From Macrostomum lignano (Eukaryota): DNA of 64,000 bases. How positions within the stretch are numbered: the stretch's first letter is position 1; each line of letters begins with the position of its first letter. The translations under genes were made by a program, and so were the position numbers. This document shows, piece after piece, positions 55,796 through 64,000 of the stretch. The notes below the pieces were generated by a model that searched no databases, was not told where the DNA came from, and saw only the letters and a list, made by a program, of their open reading frames with translations. The DNA is taken from contig NIVC01002078.1 of the NCBI GenBank assembly GCA_002269645.1, forward strand, positions 1-64,000. Direction: 5' to 3'.

Positions 55796-58700
55796 TTGCT
55801 GCTTTCGAACAGAGGCTCCGGCGGTGGCCTTCTTAGCTAGGGCACCTGCAGAACAGCATTTTGGTTTGGGATATTTTAAAAAGCCTAAATGGGGATTTAA
55901 AAAAGTAACGAAATAGGGATCCACAGACAACCTAAAATTGGGATCATTACAGATCCTCATTGGGATCATCATTACAGATCCTCATTGGGATCACTACAGA
56001 TCCTCATTGGGATCATTAAAAATCCTCATTGGGATCATTACAGATCCTCATTGGGATCACTACAGACCCTCATTGGGATCATTATAGATCCTCATTGGGA
56101 TCACTACAGATCCTCATTGGGATCATTACAGATCCTCATTGGGATCACTACAGATCCTCATTGGGATCACTACAGATCCTCATTGGGATCATTACAGATC
56201 CTCATTGGGATCATTACAGATCCTCATTGGGATCACTACAGATCCTCATTGGGATCATTAAAGATCCTCATTGGGATCATTACAGATCCTCATTGGGATC
56301 ATTACAGATCCTCATTGGGATCACTACAGATCCTCATTGGGATCATTAAAGATCCTCATTGAGATCACTACAGACCCTTTTGGGATCATTATAGATGATC
56401 CTCATTAGGATTAGGAACCCTGACTCAAGCTGCACCAACAGCCGCATACCCGCAATGCTGGCGTGATCGCTAGCCAAGCTAGCCAGCTGATGAAAGACGG
56501 CCCGCTTCCTGATGATGCAGTAGACCAAACTGCTGTTGCCGTCAAACTGGTACTGGATAATATTGTTGAACACCTCCAGCAGGAAGAATACTAAATGATG
56601 ATTGCCGGGAGTTGAAAACAGGAACCAAGGCGTGCTGAACGCTTCCAATAGATGGAGCAGCTTGTTAGCTGACACCATCGATAGGCTCTTCAGGTAGGGC
56701 GACACTGCGGGCGAGATCAATTTGATTGGCAGCTTAGTAATAAGACTGGACCTGGTCAAGGCAAGTCAGGATAGGTTATGAATGATCAGAAATGATGCGC
56801 TGGGAAGGTCTTGAAGAATCAAATTGGGACAAAAAGGCTTGTGAAGGGTTAGTAGGATCATAAAGGGTCACGAAAGGGATCAGAAAGTTATAGAGTCATT
56901 AATGGTTAAAAATGGTCATGAAGAGCCATGAAGGTTCTACAGGTGAAAAAGTCAATAAAGATCAAGAGTCGTAAAAGGTCAGAAGGGATAAAAAACGTTT
57001 AGAAGGGTAATAAAAGTTCAAAAAGGGTCATAAAAGCTCAGAAGGGGTCATGAAAGGTCAGAAGGGTCATAAAAGTTCAGAAGACTGGGTCATAAAAGCT
57101 CAGAAGGGGTCATGAAAGGTCAGAAGGGTAATAAAAGTTCAAAAAGGGTCATAAAAGCTCAGAAGGGGTCATGAAAGGTCAGAAGGGTCATAAAAGTTCA
57201 GAAGACTGGGTCATAAAAGCTCAGAAGGGGTCATGAAAGGTCAGAAGGGTCATAAAAGTTCAGAAGACTGGGTCATAAAAGCTCAGAAGGGGTCATGAAA
57301 GGTCAGAAGGGTAATAAAAGTTCAAAAAAGGTCATAAAAGCTCAGAAGGGGTCAAAATAACTCAGAAGGGTCATAAAAGTTCAGAAGGGGTCATAAAAGC
57401 TCAGAAGGGGTTATAAAAGGTCAGAAAGGGTCATGAAAGCTCAGAAGGGGTCATAAAATCTCATAAAGGTAATGAAAGGTTAGAAAGGGTCATAAAAGCT
57501 CAGAAGGGGTCATAAAAGCTCAGAAGGGTCATAATTCATAAAAGTTCAGAAGGGGTCATAAAAGCTCAGAAGGGTCATAATTAATAAAAGTTCAGAATAC
57601 TGGGTAATACAAGTTCAGAGAGTATCATAAAAGCTCAGAAGGGTCATAAAAGTTTAGGAAGGGCCATAAAAGCTCAGAAGGGTCATAATTCATAAAAGTT
57701 CAGAAGGGGTCATTAAAGCTCAGAAGGGTCATAATTGATAAAAGTTCAGAAGACTGGGTAATACAAGTTCAGAGAGGATCATAAAAGCTCAGAAGGGTCA
57801 TAAAGTTCAGCAATAATCTTATAAGTCATGAAAGGTTTGAATTGGTACTGAGGAATCGCTAAGCTTTATTACTGTTTCCATGGCATCTAGGAAAGGTTAT
57901 ACAGGTACAGAATGAGTCAAGATGGGTTCAGGCAGTCAGAATCGCTCACCATTAACAACAATAGTCAGCAGACAGTCAAACAGCGGCTGCAAGCGCTGAT
58001 GGCCGGTGGTGATAATCTTGTGAAACACAATGATAAGCAGGTCAGCGTGCGTGCCTGTGAACACGGGAATATCCATTGGCACTCGAATCTGGTACGGCTT
58101 GTTAAGACGGACACCGAAATTTCTTTCCCCGCTTAGCAACAACAGTATGAAGACTCCGATGTGCATTAGGCCTACTCGGCTCTGATCGGCCCTGGCATCG
58201 TTCAAATAGTACAGCACAGGCACCAACAGGTCCAATATGTCCGACGATTTCAACACGTAGAACATGAATTTCTTATTGATGTCGCACATTTTCCAGAACA
58301 ATATTAGCAGCTCCTGATAGAAGTGAATTCGCTTGCAACTGCCCGGCAGGTAGGTCTGCACTAGCGGGTTGTTCAACAGTCTGGCAATGCCACGCAGGAT
58401 GAACGCAAAGTCTTCTTCGCGGTGCACTCGCGACATGTAGTTGACGAACAAGTTGTCCGGGCCGGCCTCCAGGTCGCCCAAGTCTGCGCCTGTGGAGCCC
58501 AGGAGGCTGGCGGCTGCGGCTGCGGCTGCCGGAGTGGGCGAAGTTGGCGACGGAACTGTGGCGGCGGCTGCGGCCGCGGCGGCGGCGGAGGCGGCAGCGG
58601 CAGCTGTCTCTGGCGAGGGCGTCACACTGCTGCCGTCCGAGTCCAGGGTGACGCAGAGGACCTTGGGAAATGGCGAGTGGCGGGTTCTCGAGTAAGGATC

Positions 58701-60884
58701 TGAGGTGCGGTTGGCTGCTCAAGATGGGGATCTGGGATCCGGTTGGCTGCTCAAGATGGGGTTCTGGGATCTGGTTGGCTGCTCAAGATGGAGATCTGGG
58801 ATCCGTTTGGCTGCTCAAGATGGGATCTGGGATCTGGTTGGCTGCTCAAGATGGGGATCTGGGATCCGGTTGGCTGCTCAAGATGGGGATCTGGGATCTG
58901 GTTGGCTGCTTAAGATGGGGATCTTGAGATGCAGTTGGCTGCTCAAGATGGGATCCGGTTCGTTGCTTAAGATGGGGATCTGAGATCCGGTTAGCTGCTC
59001 AAGATGGGGATCTGGGATCCGGTTGGCTGCTCAAGATGGGGATCTGGGATCTGGTTGGCTGCTCAAGATGGGGATCTGGGATCCTTTTAGCTGCTCAAGA
59101 TGGGGATCTGGGATCTGGTTGGCTGCTTAAGATGGGGATCTTGAGATGCAGTTGGCTGCTCAAGATGGGATCCGGTTCGTTGCTTAAGATGGGGATCTGA
59201 GATCCGGTTAGCTGCTCAAGATGGGGATCTGGGATCCGGTTGGCTGCTCAAGATGGGGATCTGGGATCTGGTTGGCTGCTCAAGATGGGGATCTGGGATC
59301 CTTTTAGCTGCTCAAGATGGGGATCTGGGATCTGGTTGGCTGCTTAAGATGGGGATCTTGAGATGCAGTTGGCTGCTCAAGATGGGATCCGGTTCGTTGC
59401 TTAAGATGGGGATCTGAGATCCGGTTAGCTGCTCAAGATGGGGATCTGGGATCCGGTTGGCTGCTCAAGATGGGGATCTGGGATCTGGTTGGCTGCTCAA
59501 GATGGGGATCTGGGATCCTTTTAGCTGCTCAAGATGGGGATCTGGGATCCGGTTAGCTGCTCAAGATGGGGTTCTGGGATCCGGTTGGCTGCTCAAGATG
59601 GGGATCTGGGATCTGGTTGGCTGCTCAAGATGGGGATCTGGGATCCTTTTAGCTGCTCAAGATGGGGATCTGGGATCCTTTTAGCTGCTCAAGATGGGGA
59701 TCTGTGATGCGGTTCGCTGCTCAAGATGGGGATCTGGCATCTGGTTGGCTGCTCAAGATGGGGATCTTGAGATGCGGTTGGCTGCTCAAGATGGAGATCT
59801 GGGATCCTTTTAGCTGCTCAAGATTGGGATCTGAGTTGCGGTTAGCTGCTCAAGATGGGGATCTGAGATGCGGTTAGCTGCTCAAGATGGGGATCTGTGA
59901 GGGTTGCGGTGGCCAAGCAACTGAAGATTTATCTAGAGTCTGCAAAATGATTATCTCACCTGTAAAGCCACCTCTACTAATGGCTCCAAGCTGTCATTAA
60001 ACATGAGATGATTGTAGGGCACACCATAGCCGATAGGGTCATAGGCGCAGACAGTGTTTAGCAGAGAAGTGAACAGAGGCAGCGCGTGTCGGTTCTCAGT
60101 GCTAGTAAAATAAGCAATCCATCTATTCGGCTGGGTGTGAGCCTCGCTGCTAGGCAGGTACATAGTCTCCGAGAAGCAAGTTAGCAATAGTTTAAGAATC
60201 TCAGTGCGATGACTATCGTAGATAGCATTGCGAACTGGGGTGCTGGCAAACCCGACGCCGGCCTGCCAGATGTACTCGCAGCTGTCGATGGTGTTGAGAT
60301 CTTCCGGATTCTCCTGTATTATTTAAGTGTTACATTTTTCTATACTTTCTACTCAGTTAGTAGCAAAAAAAGGAATTTTTCGATTAGAACTATTAAAAAA
60401 ATTTCATTACTTTCTACTTAACCTGCTTTGATTAGTAGTGCACTGCGAACTTTTTCTGAACGATGGAAAAGAAATAATGAAAATAAACAATTTTAATGAA
60501 CAAAATACCAATGATTGATTAAGAACAAGCTTCACCTATTATTTTAAAACTAGTGCTAACCATTCTCTTGCAGTTCTTTAAAGCAGCCACATATTTAGAG
60601 AATAAAAAATGGGAAAACCCTAAACAGTGACAGTGGCAGATAAACAAACCAAAACAATAATTTCAACTGTTTATAAGCTTACAAGATTCGGATGGGCGCA
60701 TGCCTAAATAAAATTAGAAGTAATCCAGATAGCGTACAGATTAAGCAATAATAAACCGTTAAAGCTTTACACAAAAAAGGTTAGATTAGATTAATAAAAC
60801 AGTTTAAGAATTTTTCCTTTTTAAACTTACTGGCCCCTGTTTCTTGGCTGATTGCACAGTGAAGTCAGGGCAGAACAGTAGGTC
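53539..60884 (-). CDS. HID1: Protein HID1 (Dymeclin/HID1 family, dense-core vesicle biogenesis), last six exons; 5' exons beyond the window
   Basis: Exons 60884-60831, 60313-59960, 58661-57950, 56704-56450, 55845-55266 and 53761-53539 splice in frame (2178 nt). Motifs DLLFCPDFTVQS, DSCEYIW.AGVGF, RHALPLFTSLLN.VCAYDP.GYG.PYNHL, NLFVNYMSRVHREEDF, LMHIGVFILLLLSGERNFGVRLNKPY, VSPYLKSLSMV, LPLQTIMRLLQVLVPQVEKICIDKGLTD, GTLVGLLPVPHPILIRKYQAN, PPIWYDTDVRLFEIQRV. Confidence 0.96.
53880..55232. repeat. Intronic minisatellite, 19-23 bp unit (AAAGACACATCCCTGACCCAC)
   Basis: Fills HID1 intron 53762-55265. Confidence 0.95.
55935..56410. repeat. Intronic minisatellite, 22 bp unit (CAGATCCTCATTGGGATCA[C/T]TA)
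   Basis: About 20 copies in HID1 intron 55846-56449. Confidence 0.95.
56960..57810. repeat. Intronic degenerate ~19-21 bp repeat (AAAAGCTCAGAAGGGGTCAT)
   Basis: In HID1 intron 56705-57949. Confidence 0.9.
58700..59897. repeat. Intronic minisatellite, ~32 bp unit (GGCTGCTCAAGATGGGGATCTGGGATCCGGTT), with a ~218 bp higher-order block
   Basis: Fills HID1 intron 58662-59959. The variant block GATCTTGAGATGCAGTTGG...GGATCCGGTTCGTTGC recurs at ~58920, ~59138 and ~59355. Confidence 0.95.
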
Positions 60885-61084
60885 CTGAAATACAATCGGT
60901 TAGTCAAGAAGAAATGACATCACTTCTACGAATAAATTTTTCACACTAATTTAAAGAACTTTTATAACTTACACAGAGAGCTGCGACTAACGTTTGAGCC
61001 AATGGTGGACTGTTGGCCTGAAAGCAAAGCAATTCAATCGAAATTAAAGTACAAAGTGCAAAATATTGTCTGCTTTGCAAGGCT

Positions 61085-64000
61085 TTTAGAGTAAAGGGCG
61101 ATTCTTGAGGTTGAGAGGAAAGGGCGATTCTTGAGGTTGAGAGGAAAGGGCGATTCTTGAGGTTGAGAGTAAAGGGCGATTCTTGAGGTTGATAGTAAAG
61201 GGCGATTCTTGAGGTTGAGAGGAAAGGGCGATTCTTGAGGCTGAGAGTAACAGGCGATTCTTGAGATTGATAGTAAAGGGCGATTCTTGAGGTTGAGAGT
61301 AACAGGCGATTCTTGAGATTGAGAGTAGAGGGCGATTCTTGAATTTGATACTGAAGGGCGATTCTTGAGGTTGAGAGTAAAGGGCGATTCTTGAAGTTGA
61401 TAGTAAAGGGCGATTCTTGAAGTTGATAGTAAAGGGCGATTCTTGAGGTTGAGAGTAACGGGCGATTCTTGACAATGAGAGTAAAGGGCGATTCTTGAGG
61501 TTGAGAGTAACAGGCGATTCTTGAGATTGAGAGTAGAGGGCGATTCTTGAATTTGATACTGAAGGGCGATTCTTGAGGTTGAGAGTAAAGGGCGATTCTT
61601 GAAGTTGATAGTAAAGGGCGATTCTTGAAGTTGATAGTAAAGGGCGATTCTTGAAGTTGATAGTAAAGGGCGATTCTTGAGAATAAGAGTAAAGGGCGAT
61701 TCTTGAGAATAAGAGTAAAGGGCGATTCTTGGGAATGAGAGTAAAGGGCGATTCTTGAAGTTGATAGTGAAGGGCGATTCTTGAGGTTGAGAGTAAAGGG
61801 CGATTCTTGAGAATAAGAGTAAAGGGCGATTCTTGGGAATGAGAGTAAAGGGCGATTCTTGAAGTTGATAGTGAAGGGCGATTCTTGAGGTTGATAGTAA
61901 AGGGCGATTCTTGAAGTTGATAGTAAAGGGCGATTCTTGAGGTTGAGAGTAACGGGCGATTCTTGACAATGAGAGTAAAGGGCGATTCTTGAGGTTGAGA
62001 GTAACAGGCGATTCTTGAGATTGAGAGTAGAGGGCGATTCTTGAATTTGATACTGAAGGGCGATTCTTGAAGTTGATAGTAAAGGGCGATTCTTGAAGTT
62101 GATAGTAAAGGGCGATTCTTGAGGTTGAGAGTAACGGGCGATTCTTGACAATGAGAGTAAAGGGCGATTCTTGAGGTTGAGAGTAACAGGCGATTCTTGA
62201 GATTGAGAGTAGAGGGCGATTCTTGAATTTGATACTGAAGGGCGATTCTTGAGGTTGAGAGTAAAGGGCGATTCTTGAAGTTGATAGTAAAGGGCGATTC
62301 TTGAAGTTGATAGTAAAGGGCGATTCTTGAGAATAAGAGTAAAGGGCGATTCTTGAGAATAAGAGTAAAGGGCGATTCTTGGGAATGAGAGTAAAGGGCG
62401 ATTCTTGAAGTTGATAGTGAAGGGCGATTCTTGAGGTTGAGAGTAAAGGGCGATTCTTGAGAATAAGAGTAAAGGGCGATTCTTGGGAATGAGAGTAAAG
62501 GGCGATTCTTGAAGTTGATAGTGAAGGGCGATTCTTGAGGTTGATAGTAAAGGGCGATTCTTGACAATGAGAGTAAAGGGCGATTCTTGAGAATAAGAGT
62601 AAAGGGCGATTCTTGGGAATGAGAGTAAAGGGCGATTCTTGAAGTTGATAGTGAAGGGCGATTCTTGAGGTTGAGAGTAAAGGGCGATTCTTGAAGTTGA
62701 TAGTAAAGGGCGATTCTTGAAGTTGATAGTAAAGGGCGATTCTTGAGGTTGAGAGTAACGGGCGATTCTTGACAATGAGAGTAAAGGGCGATTCTTGAGG
62801 TTGAGAGTAACAGGCGATTCTTGAGATTGAGAGTAGAGGGCGATTCTTGAATTTGATACTGAAGGGCGATTCTTGAGGTTGAGAGTAAAGGGCGATTCTT
62901 GAAGTTGATAGTAAATGGCGATTCTTGAAGTTGATAGTAAAGGGCGATTCTTGAGGTTGAGAGTAACGGGCGATTCTTGACAATGAGAGTAAAGGGCGAT
63001 TCTTGAGGTTGAGAGTAACAGGCGATTCTTGAGATTGAGAGTAGAGGGCGATTCTTGAATTTGATACTGAAGGGCGATTCTTGAGGTTGAGAGTAAAGGG
63101 CGATTCTTGAAGTTGATAGTAAAGGGCGATTCTTGAAGTTGATAGTAAAGGGCGATTCTTGAGGTTGAGAGTAACGGGCGATTCTTGACAATGAGAGTAA
63201 AGGGCGATTCTTGAGGTTGAGAGTAACAGGCGATTCTTGAGATTGAGAGTAGAGGGCGATTCTTGAATTTGATACTGAAGGGCGATTCTTGAGGTTGAGA
63301 GTAAAGGGCGATTCTTGAAGTTGATAGTAAAGGGCGATTCTTGAAGTTGATAGTAAAGGGCGATTCTTGAGAATAAGAGTAAAGGGCGATTCTTGAGAAT
63401 AAGAGTAAAGGGCGATTCTTGGGAATGAGAGTAAAGGGCGATTCTTGAAGTTGATAGTGAAGGGCGATTCTTGAGGTTGATAGTAAAGGGCGATTCTTGG
63501 GAATGAGAGTAAAGGGCGATTCTTGAAGTTGATAGTGAAGGGCGATTCTTGAGGTTGATAGTAAAGGGCGATTCTTGACAATGAGAGTAACGGGCGATTC
63601 TTGACAATGAGAGTAAAGGGCGATTCTTGAGGTTGAGAGTAACAGGCGATTCTTGAGATTGAGAGTAGAGGGCGATTCTTGAATTTGATACTGAAGGGCG
63701 ATTCTTGAGGTTGAGAGTAAAGGGCGATTCTTGAAGTTGATAGTAAAGGGCGATTCTTGAAGTTGATAGTAAAGGGCGATTCTTGAGAATAAGAGTAAAT
63801 GGCGATTCTTGAGAATAAGAGTAAAGGGCGATTCTTGGGAATGAGAGTAAAGGGCGATTCTTGAAGTTGATAGTGAAGGGCGATTCTTGAGGTTGATAGT
63901 AAAGGGCGATTCTTGACAATGAGAGTAAAGGGCGATTCTTGAAGTTGATAGTAAAGGGCGATTCTTGAAGTTGATAGTAAAGGGCGATTCTTGAAGTTGA
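61085..64000. repeat. Satellite, 26 bp unit (AAAGGGCGATTCTTGAGGTTGAGAGT), with an 8-monomer (208 bp) higher-order repeat; runs off the window, probably in a HID1 intron
   Basis: The marker GAGAGTAACG recurs at 62751, 62959 and 63167 (spacing 208). Confidence 0.97.

Noticed and set aside
55272-55916. Plus-strand ORF with a poly-Cys run (metallothionein-like appearance)
   Set aside because: Antisense reading of the HID1 polyQ exon.
60946-63919. 600-960 aa minus-strand ORFs (SRIALYSQPQESPF...)
   Set aside because: Stop-free reading of the 26-bp satellite in all frames.

Overview
Eukaryotic (animal) genomic DNA with spliceosomal GT-AG introns, GC-rich exons full of homopolymeric amino-acid runs, and about 30 different tandem-repeat arrays covering roughly 28 kb of the 64 kb by my coordinate tally. 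The style resembles the flatworm Macrostomum lignano, but that is inference only. I reconstructed the gene models by hand and checked that intron phases and CDS lengths are consistent. They are: (1) a frameshifted repeat-protein exon at about 420-2603; (2) the 3' exons of a RIMS-binding protein (two SH3 domains); (3) three two-exon paralogues of the BK-channel beta-subunit/TipE-like two-TM family (+, -, +); (4) an invertebrate-type claudin; (5) a large TWIK-family K2P potassium channel; (6) the 3' six exons of HID1 on the minus strand. Mobile elements are a non-LTR retrotransposon with a 9-bp target-site duplication and a 5' inversion matching the twin-priming model, and a TA-flanked Tc1/mariner-type MITE carrying a 32-bp satellite. 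The most notable observations are the BK-beta/TipE-like cluster, the twin-primed non-L1-looking LINE, the repeat-protein exon that appears nested in a RIM-BP intron, the roughly 290-aa extracellular cap of the K2P channel, and reverse-complementary microsatellites flanking one K2P exon. Almost all very long ORFs in the supplied track (33.6-38 kb, 43.5-44.5 kb, 47.5-50 kb, 61-64 kb) are satellite artefacts.
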